From Albugo candida (taxonomy: Eukaryota): a DNA stretch of 64,000 nucleotides. The stretch lies in NCBI GenBank assembly GCA_040437565.1, contig JBDOQK010000054.1, forward strand, positions 124,001 through 188,000, in the 5' to 3' direction. Of this stretch, positions 47,070 through 59,261 are shown piece after piece; position 1 is the stretch's first letter, and the number at the start of each line of letters is the position of its first letter. The notes below the pieces were generated by a model. That model saw only the letters and a list, made by a program, of their open reading frames with translations, was not told the DNA's origin and did not search any database. The translations under genes and the position numbers were made by a program.

Positions 47070-47834
47070 CTGTTGCATCCATCGCGCAAGATTTGGACAT
47101 GAGCAGCTATACGACAACATTCCAATGTCTACACTTTAGTTGCCTGTATGAAAATAATAGACTCTTGCTGAAATCAAGCTTTCGCATGTGCGATATTAAC
47201 TTTAAACGAATTCTCACAATATTAAAGCATCGATAGCTGAGTAAGAATGAGTTTAACCTTGAATGGGGTTGAAAGGCAGCGACAGACAGAGAGAGATTAC
47301 AGTGTAGATGAGCGAATTAGAAGAAAAAACAGCGTAGAGAGGTGCAGAATGGCAGCCTTTCACGGCGGTCAACAAATTGGATTGGTTCATTTGTCCTGGG
47401 ATATAAACGGATTGGCTGATATTCTTTGCCACATGATCTCTCGAATTTGTTTATTCTATATCCGCAACTGCACTGGTGTCGCTGTTCTTTTTAGAATTTG
47501 ACATAACGTCCCGCGATCTCTATGAAGCACTTCTCTTTGGCTATTCTCACGTTCATTTGGACACAACTGTATTATTATTTCAATGCACCAGTACACGAGC
47601 AAGCACCATCCGCTCGTCAGTAGCCTTTTGCTCATTCGAGCAATGCAACTCTTTTCGATGTAGAAAGTGTTTATCGTGCAGAGACTGATGATCATCCGCT
47701 TCCAACAGATCTCACAGCTCAGATACCAAACGTANNNNNNNNNNNNNNNNNNNNNNNNNNNNNNNNNNNNNNNNNNNNNNNNNNNNNNNNNNNNNNNNNN
47801 NNNNNNNNNNNNNNNNNNNNNNNNNNNNNNNNNN

Positions 47835-49252
47835 TAAGTACCATCTCGAAGATGGAGTTGTTATGACTACGGTTGGGCTGTCTCCTAAAGTATTTGACGT
47901 GGAGTACTTCATCTCTGCAAATGAAAGCGCCAAGCTTGTTGAGTTGGGCTCGCCTTCTTTGGAAAGGTCTCAAGTCGTCGGTTCGGAGGGAGGAAGCGTT
48001 GTGGATGACGCTCGGACGAGTCATACATCATACTTACCACAAAGTGACTTTACTCGTAAATCTCAGAATCGTGGGGCTCGCGTTGCTCGACTACCATCAC
48101 CTTCATTCATCGAAGATTTACAGCTTGTTCGCTATAACGCTGGTGAGTTCTATCGGCGACATCTAGATACATTCAGTAGCAGGTCGTTCAAACCAAATGA
48201 GTGGACGGAATACACATATCGAGATTTTCTCGATTGGGTATCGTGGTCGGTCGTCAAGATTCGAGAATTAGGTCCTCGTGTTCCTGAAGACTTTCGATAT
48301 GGTGGACGATATTACCCGAATGCCAATGACACAACGGGATTCCATGTTGAGTTATTACGCTTATTCGTCCATAAAGCCGAATTGGCGCATTTCTTTCTTG
48401 CACGAAGCGCTACAGAATGGAAGACATGGATCGAAACTAATACTCAGCGGAGAGCTAATAACATTATGTCGATTTTGATGAAGAACACCAGCAAGCCAGA
48501 ATATCTACCTTTCATCGTGAAGGAGTGGGAACGTGCTGTTGCACTACCTGAGCTGCACTACACCTTCCCTAATAAAAATGTTGATGGACTATCACACCTT
48601 TACAATTGGATCAGATGGATTAAAGATCGTGTTTTTTACTTTGGAGATAAATTTCCGGATCATGTTCGATCCGGAGGCGCTCTATATCCGTCATACCGTG
48701 TCCAATATCAAACGACATTGATGAAATACATCATGGAGGATTACAGTCTGCATTTTCTCGCATAGATAACAAATCAAGACCGGATCAATTGGAATCTCAC
48801 CAATAAGGGCCGCAAACGTGTTTTACACGATGTATTGCTGGCTTTTCCGTCATTTTTCGAACTGGTTATTCGGTCTTGGGAAGTTAGAGCCAATGTTCCA
48901 CAACTTCGCTATGTAGTCCCAGCCCATGTGAAAGGAATTTCATCCACAAAGGTTTGTGACCTTATTCCTGTATCTGAGTGATAAAATCAAGAGTGGTGGT
49001 GAGACCGTTTTCCCGTATTCGATCCATCGCAGTCAGAAAGGAAACATCAACCGAACAGGAATGCCGGAATGCTCAGCCGGACTTGCCCTACCTCCTCGTT
49101 ACCTCCATGCGGCTCTTTTTTAGAGTCAAACTCCGGATGGTGATATTGATCCAATGAGTTATCATGGTGGCTGCCCACCAGAAGAAGGGACGAAATGGGG
49201 CTCTAATCTGTTTATGTGGGATAGCAATTATGATGACTCGGTTGATCTCTGA
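47835..49252 (+). pseudogene. Disrupted third prolyl-4-hydroxylase-like paralog; 5' part in a gap
   Basis: Homology continues past the TAG at 48763-48765 (…IRSWEVRA..LRY), a frameshift near 48935 (then FHPQRFVTLFLYL..GGETVFP) and a second TAG near 49121, ending HGGCPPEEGTKWGSNLFMW. Confidence 0.85.
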
Positions 49253-50387
49253 TCGTAATCGGATACGGTTAGGTATCTCAATGATAGAGAAATAGATCAA
49301 AAGTGCGGTTTTCTTAATGATATAATTCCTGACACGGGGCTTAACCTTTGCCGTTGATGTCAATATCAAGCCATGCGTATGTGCAGTGAACTCTACGATT
49401 TCTCCATCAGATAGCCAATTCCTATGACTGACACTTTCCGCTTGTGCGAGTTTACAGGAATCCTTTGCCACCCAGCAATTCCTGCAATGCTTGTGTCTTT
49501 GTCTTCGGCTCAATCGTCCTTCTTGCTAATTCGTGGGAATAAAACTCGGTGACTCTGAAGATGAATGATAGAAATACATCTCAGATCATCCGACCGACAA
49601 AAGGTGATGCAAACGAGCCTAAGTCATGACTAAAGGAACGCGTTCTAATGCCTGATCGATCAGTTTACAGACAGGAATACAAAGTAGATCAGACTTCTTC
49701 GCCCAGCTACTACACACCACGGAAGATTAAAAACTATGTCAGAATTCGATAGAGTTTAACATATGCCTCTATCGATGTAATCAAAGTTGGAAATGCCTAT
49801 CATCCTGTGCAAACGTCAACGCGGAGTCGAATTTCAGGTTTGTCCAATTGTAAACTAGCAGCTTATAGCTTCCATCGTGCTGGTAGCTAGGAACAGATCA
49901 GAAAACATGTGACGTTGTCAGATGTAAATAGTGCACATAGCCAGCAAATCCGCGTATGTGTGAGCAAGCACTCTTGATTATCAATCGGTAGTATGCAGTT
50001 CACAAAGGCGAAGGCATCACGAAAATGAATTTTTGGTGCCTTTCATGGCAATTGCTAGGCAGGTCGTCGTGTGACCCACTTTCCAATCCAATCTGAAGGG
50101 CTTGAATTTGTATATTCATTTCCTACTCGAGCCGAAGTTTCTATTCTACTTTCTTCGAGCTACGTGAGTCTGTTTGGAACGAAATATCTCCACCAAAAGA
50201 CTGAACCTATACTGGTACGAACTAGATATGTCAGTAGAAGAATCACTTGATATGGGCAAGCATGACATTCGAGGTATCACCAGTTGAGATCGCATTCTGT
50301 GCAGTGTCGACGTGATACGGTTCGGCTGGTGCATGTATTGTATGAACACTTCCACACAGAACATGAGCCAAAGTATTGATAAAAGAA

Positions 50388-50869
50388 GGGAACCGTTGAA
50401 ATCCCCTGAGTTTAATACACCTAGGTGAGGGACAATATGATAGCACTGCCCGCTACTTTTCGACATGAACCAATTTGCAATCACTCAGTTCAGTTGGCGT
50501 TCGCGTTTCTTCGTGTTGCTCATTGTTGTTAGATTATTTCGCGTTTCACGGTTTGTTGAATATATTCTACTCTAGACACTAAGTCCTAATATTTCACTAC
50601 GAAGAACATGAAAAATTCATTATCATTATTTTTTTTTAAATATGACACAAAATTTCAAAATACACAAAGACATCCTCGTGTACAGGTCATCCATGACATA
50701 AGAACCTTATGGTCTACAAACTTGGTCTTAAAAATGATTTCCGACTGAGTGTGATAGCCTCTTTGTAGTCAATATGGTTGAATTCTCAGTCTCGGAAAGT
50801 AGCCAATCATAATGGGACGGCTCGTAAATTAGTTAATCATATCAAACTGAGGGGATTTTAACGGTTCCC
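50388..50869. mobile_element. MITE-like non-autonomous DNA transposon, copy 1 (PIF/Harbinger-like ends)
   Basis: Left end GGGAACCGTTGAAATCCCCTGAGTTTAATA; right end (reverse complement) GGGAACCGTTAAAATCCCCTCAGTTTGATA. Flanks GAA / TAA. Non-coding interior with a diverged second copy at 59.3-59.8 kb. Confidence 0.75.
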
Positions 50870-51736
50870 TAATTAAAATTATAATCAAATTACGAGAATC
50901 GTTATCCAGCCCCACCCTTCATAAATTATTGGAAATTGTGGCCTCTGATTGGTCCGAATAGATGCAACGGAAGACAAAAAAAGACGCACAAAATTCGGTT
51001 TCTGCAATTTTGTACTACTTAATCTAGGTCTATATAGATAACCAACAACACTACTCATTTGATCAAGCGGAGAGGGAGACACATTCACTCGTACGAATTG
51101 AAGTGAGGCATCTGCGAATTTTACGAGATCACAGCCGCGTACGAGGGATTGGCAGTACAGTGTTTCGTAGAAAGAATCGCTGATCGTGTCCATATTCGTC
51201 ATTTGTATTGCTCGAAGCAACGAGCTTCCACGTCTGGGCATTACTTACGTATACTTAGAATCAAATCCAGTTAGCACCTCGCAGTATGCGCAACCCTATC
51301 TGGATAACAATTAGACAAAAGACTGTCATATACTATATGCACAACTTCTCTGGCCAATATAGTTCGTGAATGTCGTTCCTTCGTTTGAGACAAATTTGAG
51401 AAACGGCTGAGACGTTAATTTAAGTTCATTGAACCTTAGCATCTCCTAGCAGATTTGATAAAATACGACTGTCCCGGGGTGGTTTGGAAGTAACGTTGCC
51501 ATTAAAGTGGTAAGTGCAAATTCTGATCCGTCATGAGGAGATAAAGCGCACGAAGACATTCGTTCACACCTATACGCTCCAGCTTGATTGTTGATATGCG
51601 CTTCCATAACCCCAAACTCGTCCATCTTCAACATACGCATGAAGCACGATCCGAGAAGCCAACGGTACGTATGAATGAGCAACGCAATTTTCATCTTTTC
51701 ATTTTCAATTAATCGATCGCGGGAGCACACGGCAAC

Positions 51737-52910
51737 ATGAAAACTCTACAAATACGAACTTATGGTGCTGCGATGCTTGAAATATTTCTGGCGTCTTACC
51801 ATTTCGTGGGCGCAAAATTCACGAGTTTGTATCCCATAACAGCTGAGGGATCAAATACGGTGCTTGAAAAAGGATTTAGGGTCGATATATACCTAAAAAA
51901 AACATTCTGACGACTCGAATGCAGTGCCCCGGGATGAATTATATTTGTTAACGTTTCACGCTGACGATGTAAACGAAGATAAAGCTTTTGACATCTGTCA
52001 AAGCAACCTTAAGAATTCAGGCACTTTTGACTCTGAGAGAAACTCTTTTGCGAAAGTACTGTCCGATTTCAACAACGGTTTCCCTATAGAAACTTTTTCT
52101 GAACCCAGTTCAAACTTCGTGAAGTAACTCACCCAGAAAAGAAATTCTCAACATACAGCCACGTTAAGTACGCAGGTCGAATCAACTTCGACAGATATCA
52201 GTGACAATGTGGAAGTGTTTGAACAATGCTTTTGGGGCATCCCGAATGGTAACGTTGTAGCTGGCTGGGTACTAAAAAAGCAGGCGTTGAAACGCTTGTT
52301 CGACCGAAATAAGATCCGCAGCAGCAGCTTGACCCTCATGGATCGTGAAGTTTACATCACGAATAACTATGGGATATACTCATTTATTTTGGAAGATGCT
52401 CCACATTTTTATTTCATGAGCGATTTGGCACCGGATGTACCATTCATACCCCAGGACGAATTCTCGAAGGCTGAAGTCACCATGTTCAGCACACAATCCA
52501 TGCAAAAGGTTGAAGTTCGCCCCGGTAACGTAATGACCACGATCCCCCGAGATGTATACGACCAGTTGCAATCAGAGTTACAAAAATCGGGATTCACTGA
52601 AAAGAACGGGCGCTACCAACGATCTTGCTCAAGTATCAAAGTTTTCAAGATAGCGGACTGTACACTCCATATTACTATTCAGAAAATTACACTTTTTTTC
52701 AGGCCCGATCAATATGTGACCTTTACAGAAGCAAATGGAGAGCGCATTTGTGTTCTGCAGCTTTTGCCGAATGAAGAAAACAAGTGGGTGTTGGGATCTT
52801 CATTTCTAAGAGCTTATACAATCATCATCCGCACAGAAAAGAATACAAAAGCTTATAAATTCCTCCCAAGAAAAAGTAGAGGGATAAAAGCATTTCCAAT
52901 ACATCCTTAA
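51737..52910 (+). pseudogene. Disrupted gene for a divergent, probably non-catalytic pepsin-like (A1) aspartic protease homologue with a putative signal peptide
   Basis: MKTLQIRTYGAAMLEIFLASYHFVGA, a frameshift in an A8 run (~51895-51902) and an in-frame TAA at 52125-52127. The C-terminal lobe pattern TTIPRDVYDQL...C...LHITI..ITLFFRPDQYV...CVLQL...WVLGSSFLRAYTII is present. TCATTTTCAATT lies at ~51699. Confidence 0.6.
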
Positions 52911-53701
52911 GGATTTGTGGTCATATGGTACCTTTTTACAAAAAGACATAAATATACACTGCAAGATTGATTTTGAGATGTAGTACTCTTGCCTGAGCTC
53001 TTACGGCCACAACGAGCCTTGACGCAATATCACTTTCGACCCCCGAGGAGGAACAGAACGCGTCCGTTGACATGANNNNNNNNNNNNNNNNNNNNNNNNN
53101 NNNNNNNNNNNNNNNNNNNNNNNNNNNNNNNNNNNNNNNNNNNNNNNNNNNNNNNNNNNNNNNNNNNNNNNNNNNTTATCATACTTGTTGCTGCCAGTGT
53201 ACAGTACATCCACGCTCATGATTCTGCCCGTACAACTCTTCTCTGAGAGGCTGACTGATAAGTCCAAATGCATTCAGTCCAACCAAGTTCCGGTATGTGT
53301 AAGCCATAAGGCTGATTCACCGTGATTCTTGAGCGTTTTAGCTTGTGTCATTCATATAGCATCTGATCATCTTTTGGTATTCGGCTATTCATAGACTATA
53401 GCATCAGTGGCTCATGGATTGGTAACTGAGAAATCTGAGCTTTACATATCTCTTTCTTCTTTGGTCTACACAAGAATACTTATATCAATAATCTTCTAAG
53501 AAGCGTGAGTTAAAGTCAGTTTTCGACATCATGATGTATCTCAATCACCCCGAAGATCACAAGGAAAGGACCAGCATCGTACCTGGGTTGGATTCCGCAT
53601 CNNNNNNNNNNNNNNNNNNNNNNNNNNNNNNNNNNNNNNNNNNNNNNNNNNNNNNNNNNNNNNNNNNNNNNNNNNNNNNNNNNNNNNNNNNNNNNNNNNN
53701 N

Positions 53702-56700
53702 GTGGGCCAAAGGCAACTTCAACTATAGATGACACGAACCATCTTACCTTGGTGGATACTATCAACTCGCAGGATTCATTGCGTAAGGGCAAGGCTAGAG
53801 CTCGACCTCGAGCGAAGTATCACGTGGAGCTCCCAAAGCCGAAAGCTTCGGATATCGAGGCTATACTGCAACTAAATGCAGACGGGGAGCACCCAGAGTG
53901 AATGTATGAATAATCATGGAAATTCAGGAATCAAACCCCTACTGGAGAGCAGGGCCATTGCTCAAGTATCGAAAATACCCGGTAGCGATATTCGGTTGAT
54001 AGTTTTTATCGACGATGCATGTCAACACCTGAAGCGCCTGCCAGTAAGCATCCTCGGCGCTCAGTACTTTTTTCGGGAGTACGATTCTCGCGAATACTTC
54101 TACTTCCTGGACTTATTTTTTTTTGTGAGAGTGAAGGGAGAACGGATTCCCATCTTACATCTCCTTCACGGAGAAGAAAGTTCAAGAGTCGTAGGTCCTC
54201 TCAGAGAAATTGTTCCGTACAAGAAAGTCTTGATGTCGACGTGGAGAGTGTACGTTAGTAGTTCTACGTGCCCTCAATTGATGGCCAAAATTGGCAGAAT
54301 ATGCGACAAAATTGCATACGGGAAGTTGCTTTATCCTGTTAGAGGAATGAAGGCTTCAATCTATATCAAACGATCACGTTTTGGTAAGCGTGATTCTTTT
54401 TGCTTGTATTCTGGAGCTGCACCAGCCACGGGAACACTGCAACAACAAAACGAAATTCAATATTAACATCAATACCACCAACGATAAGAAAAAATAGCAA
54501 CAAAGGCACTCGTGGTGGACCCAAAGATACTGAAGAAGCCAGTTCCAAGGCAGGAATAAAAGACGAGGAAACCGGATTGGAAACCCTCCAGCAAATATCG
54601 CTAGAGCTCAACTCTTCCTCCACTAGCATACTAGCAGGGGCACCAGACTTAATGCAACCCCCCCTCCCATTCAGCAGGTGGAAAATAAACCAGCCTCACT
54701 AGCACGAGTGGAATGAGATGGCGTTGACTGCATGCAGCTGGCATGTACAAGTGGTAAACATAACTGGGTAGAGCCGCTCCGCCAATTGGTCTCAAAAGCG
54801 CCACTTCGCGCTCTTCATAAGTCGGATACTGATGCTTTCTTTGCTATTCTTGCAAATATGGAATTGGAGATAGAAGAAGTAGAAGTGTTGCCAATCTGGA
54901 GCATGGAGATTACAGCCGAAATATTCCTGCGAAAACGCGGATGCCGAAATTTGGTGGCTACTTCGAAAGAGGCGAATCACCTTTATCGAAAACGTTTCAC
55001 AGCGGTCGAATACGCCGAACCAGCACCATGAGTTGTTGAGGTAGGCGAGCTCATGAAAATCGATCTCAAAAACTTCCTCCTCCCGCTTCAACCCTGTAAA
55101 CGAGTCCAAGCCGATGCACTCATCCATCGTATGCATAGGATGGTACACTTCTGCACCAACCTGGACAAAATCATCCGAGCAGCACTAGATCATCCGATCG
55201 CCATGAATGGGGTACTTCTAATGTCGGATTTTCGCGTGTTGCACGATGTGGCACATATCCTCCTAATCAGTTGCCTTTTTTTAGCACACAACCTCGAGGA
55301 ATATGTTACGCTTTCGACGCGATTGAGTCGCAATGTTGGTGAGAGAATGCCTTAAAAGCGAGATTTCATGGTCGAGAAATGTCGTGGTGACAGGCACTCT
55401 CAGAGAAAGTTCACTGTTTGATTCGAGCAAATAATGATTTTGGGCTGATGAAAGTTCTATTTCTGTGTACTGCACCACTCTTTACAAAAACGATCAATGA
55501 TTCCCATATCTCACAGATGGGCCGGTATTCTGGGGTCCGGGTCATCATTGTCGTTACTACCGCTTAACTTGCTTCTATCATTTTTGTGCTTCGAGTTGGG
55601 CAGCAAGTGTTGGTTGCAATGTTTCCGGTTGAGCGGCGTAATGGTCTCTTTAATGACAGCGAGGAGCTCTCCGTCAATCGTAGCTTTTTCGCAGAAGAAA
55701 ATGCATCGTCTTAACTCTCTCAACGGAATGGTGAAGCGAAGTTGATCGCTGGTCCGCTTCAGCGTGAATGATAAGGCCAAGGTCTCCCCGATTATATCAA
55801 GGTGGACAGCATCCCAGCATCCTCGGGAATGACAATGGAATTTATAAATGGTTATCTTTTTTTCGACCACGACCTATCACGACACTCCGTTTGCTGTGTT
55901 CAAGAAGCCAAGTGATCACAATCAACTGGACTCATTAAACCCTTTTATTACACGCAAAAATACAGCAGAAAATGTTTGTAAAAGCCACAAAGGTGCTTTT
56001 TACATCCCACTCAAAATCGCAGTGTGAGTTTGATAAAAATCCTTCGTTCGTACTTCCGCGATTTTATACAGCAGCTGAAGAATTCGCCGAACGAAGAGAA
56101 CTTGGTGCTCGAACAGTTGCGGACAGCTTGGAATCCCGGGAAATATGGGAAAGCTGGAAGACGAAAATCAAGTAACAGCTTCATGGAACTAAGACAAAGA
56201 TTTCACAGGATAGCAGACGTGATGTCAAGTCTAGCTAGCGTATTTTGGAAGTCACAGCAGCTCTACATCACATCCAAGACACCAATCCGTCATGGCACTT
56301 TTCGAATTGAGTCTCGAATAATTTGAAAGGCGGTCGAAAAAAATGTTAAATAAACCCAGAATGAGCGCTTCGATCGTCACGTGAAGCACATGGAGAACTA
56401 CTCCAAGAATTTTCTTCGCCCTGCAGACAATCCTAGTCGTCGCGTGACGGTCGAAATGGCACTAAAAATGTGGCATCGTGACATCCATCGAACCCGAGAG
56501 AAATTATTGACAAATTCAAGGATCATAAAAGTGGTGTCATGGGCTATCTCTATAGCTCTAAGATCGACAAAGCTGATCTATGCGAGGGAAAAGAAATAAA
56601 GCTACCGGATGCGTTCAAGTTTCCCTTTCGTCTGAGGAGCAAGACCATCTCTAATCTCTCTCAAATAGAACGTTATAGAGAAAGCGATTAAGCACATGCG

Positions 56701-57773
56701 TAGTAGTTCTTCTCCGGGTATGGATAGGCTACCAGCAGCATTTATCGTCTTGATGCGGTAACATTTGGCGAGTGTCTGAAGATCGTATTCGATTATCAGC
56801 TGGAAAGAGGTATCTTACTTCGATCAAAGAGTCACTCGGCAATCACCTTTTTGTAGAAAAAAGGATATCGAAGTGATCCTAGCGACAAGCGACCGATCGC
56901 TCTACTTTGTATTGATGTGAAATTACTATAAAACGTATTGGCAAAGCGATTGCAACATTTTTTGCCGAAATTGATCAATCAATATCAAAAAGCTTTTGTG
57001 CGAAGAAGGTCGATGCCTCATCACATTCGACATCTCACCGACATGCTCATTCATCGTGGAAAGAAGCATATGCAGCTTCTCTCGACTTTGAGAAAGCTTA
57101 TGATCGAGTGATTTGGATGCACATGTTTCGCTCTTTAAAAAAATGGGCGTTGGAAAAAGCTTCATCGACTGAGTTTGTCTGTACACCAACAAAAATGCGC
57201 AGTTGATGGTGAATTGCACTATCAGACCGTCCATTAAACCACAACGTAGAGTGAAACAAGAAGATCCAATATCCGCATTACTTTCTGTGATGACGATCGA
57301 ACATTCGGGAAATTTGCTTCGACAACATGAAGAACATGGCATTTGGATTAATGGCACGACTGTCGCTATTTGACTTTTTTTGCGAACGATCCGAAATTGC
57401 TTTCAGAAACTCCCAATGGTGTTTTGACGCAACTCGAACGCGTTCAAGTCTATTGCGATGTATCTGGTGCGAAAGTCAACTTGAGCAAATTATCCATACT
57501 CTAGTTGAATCGGTACATGCCGTGTCCACGTATTCCCAATTTGACTATACTGGGTCCGGAGGATTCGTTTAAGTATCTGGGTATTGTGTTCGGCCAGAAA
57601 CCGACTCATTCGATGGTTTACATTACGAAGCTGCTACTCGTCATCCAAGTACGCAGAACGTTTAATGCAATCTTGGCATGGTGGATGAACCACATCGAAC
57701 ATTTCGAGAAACGTTTGCTACACTTTTCGACGTTCGAAGTTTGCAAGACTTTTTTCGTGAAAGCGACACATGG
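53702..57773 (+). mobile_element. Decayed non-LTR retrotransposon (L1/Tx1-like LINE): probable ORF1 remnant plus reverse transcriptase remnant
   Basis: From ~56700, across stops and frameshifts: SSPGMDRLP, KKG..SDPSDKRPIALLCIDVKLL..VLAKRLQHFLPKLINQYQKAFV, LDFEKAYDRV, VKQEDPISALL, YCDVSGAKVNLSK, FKYLGI. An SDH endonuclease-like motif lies near 55910. The 5' limit is uncertain. Confidence 0.8.
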
Positions 57774-57873
57774 NNNNNNNNNNNNNNNNNNNNNNNNNNN
57801 NNNNNNNNNNNNNNNNNNNNNNNNNNNNNNNNNNNNNNNNNNNNNNNNNNNNNNNNNNNNNNNNNNNNNNNNN

Positions 57874-58029
57874 TAAGTCTGACTTCAAACCTAGGGAGGC
57901 AGATATTTTCCAAGCTTATTGCTTGGGTGGGCTCAAACCCCTGCCCGCACTGCCGGGGATCGAACTAACGACCTCCGGCAGGGGGTCCGTGCGCTCAAGT
58001 GCTTAACCGACTGAGCTGGGTACGGACCC
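57874..58029 (-). ncRNA. tRNA-derived SINE-like element or Pol III structured RNA; 3' end lost in a gap
   Basis: Minus strand GGGTCCGTACCCAGCTCAGTCGGTTAAGCAC...GAGGTCGTTAGTTCGATCCCCGGCAG has an A-box-like AGCTCAGTCGG and a B-box-like GTTCGATCC, but no acceptor or anticodon stem of a canonical cloverleaf. Confidence 0.7.
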
Positions 58030-59261
58030 TCTGTATGGCCTGTATTGCAAGCGGCGACGGTGCGCTTCGTCTGGACCAATCAAATCGTCGTAGGTTCGTC
58101 ACCGATCATCAAATCCAAAAATTGCAGCACTTTCCGTGATGTACAGTACCTTTAGTAGGCATGTTCGATACTTTCGGAGACAGTCTTACAATCAAGACTA
58201 AAGCATTCGGCTTGCAAAAAAGCTTGATCAAAACTCGCAACGCAAGGATCATTTCGTGGATTTTAGGAGTCGAAGATCATTGCTACGGGTCCGGCGCAGA
58301 CTAATGAAACACGGTCCCTTGAGCACTTAATGGTAAAATACATAATATCTCTTAAGGTCCTTAGTTCGCCAACTCTGTTTCTACTGCTGCTCTAAGCCTT
58401 CTGCTACTACCAATCAGCGACTNNNNNNNNNNNNNNNNNNNNNNNNNNNNNNNNNNNNNNNNNNNNNNNNNNNNNNNNNNNNNNNNNNNNNNNNNNNNNN
58501 NNNNNNNNNNNNNNNNNNNNNNCAGACTAATGAAACACGGTCCCTTGAGCACTTAATGGTAAAATACATAATATCTCTTAAGGTCCTTAGTTCGCCAACT
58601 CTGTTTCTACTGCTGCTCTAAGCCTTCTGCTACTACCAATCAGCGACTTCCACGTCGATGCCCATCTTGAAACCGCTTTGAAGCTAGCACTAACAATCAT
58701 CACTTGATGACTGCTTCACCAGTACCTACCGGTAAGTGTCTGCTGGTCGAGGCGCTGCTTCGACAACACAGACAAGTAGAAGTTCAAGTCCGATCTCAGT
58801 CCTAGTTGAATGGCTACGTTGCCTCTAGTGTGGCGCACACGAATCGGCAACTCGGATTTTAGGCTGGGGTTGACTGGCTACCTTACGTNNNNNNNNNNNN
58901 NNNNNNNNNNNNNNNNNNNNNNNNNNNNNNNNNNNNNNNNNNNNNNNNNNNNNNNNNNNNNNNNNNNNNNNNNNNNNNNNNNNNNNNNGTGGCGAACACT
59001 AAGTTAAAAAACACGATACGTTTGGACACTTTTCCAGTTTGCACATGTAAGACGCTGGGCACACAGTCCGTATTGTGGTGGTTTTGAGGATACCGCAATA
59101 CAGGACTATTCACGAGAAGAGAGATTATCATCTCTCCCAAGTATTTTCGCGAAACATTTTTTATTTATATTTTTGTCCGTTATTCAGCCTCCAGTCTCTA
59201 TAAATTAATGGCGATTGTGGCCTCTGATTGGTTTAAACAAATAAAATAGAATAGCAAAAAG

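Noticed and set aside
49088-49513. Minus-strand ORF with CRNC, resembling an Albugo CCG effector motif
   Set aside because: It lacks the downstream Gly and a signal peptide, has no ATG start, and overlaps the P4H pseudogene antisense.
57930-58029. Canonical tRNA gene, or telomerase RNA / ribozyme
   Set aside because: There is no cloverleaf acceptor or anticodon stem, no CCCTAAA-type template, and no recognisable hammerhead or HDV core. Kept only as SINE-like.
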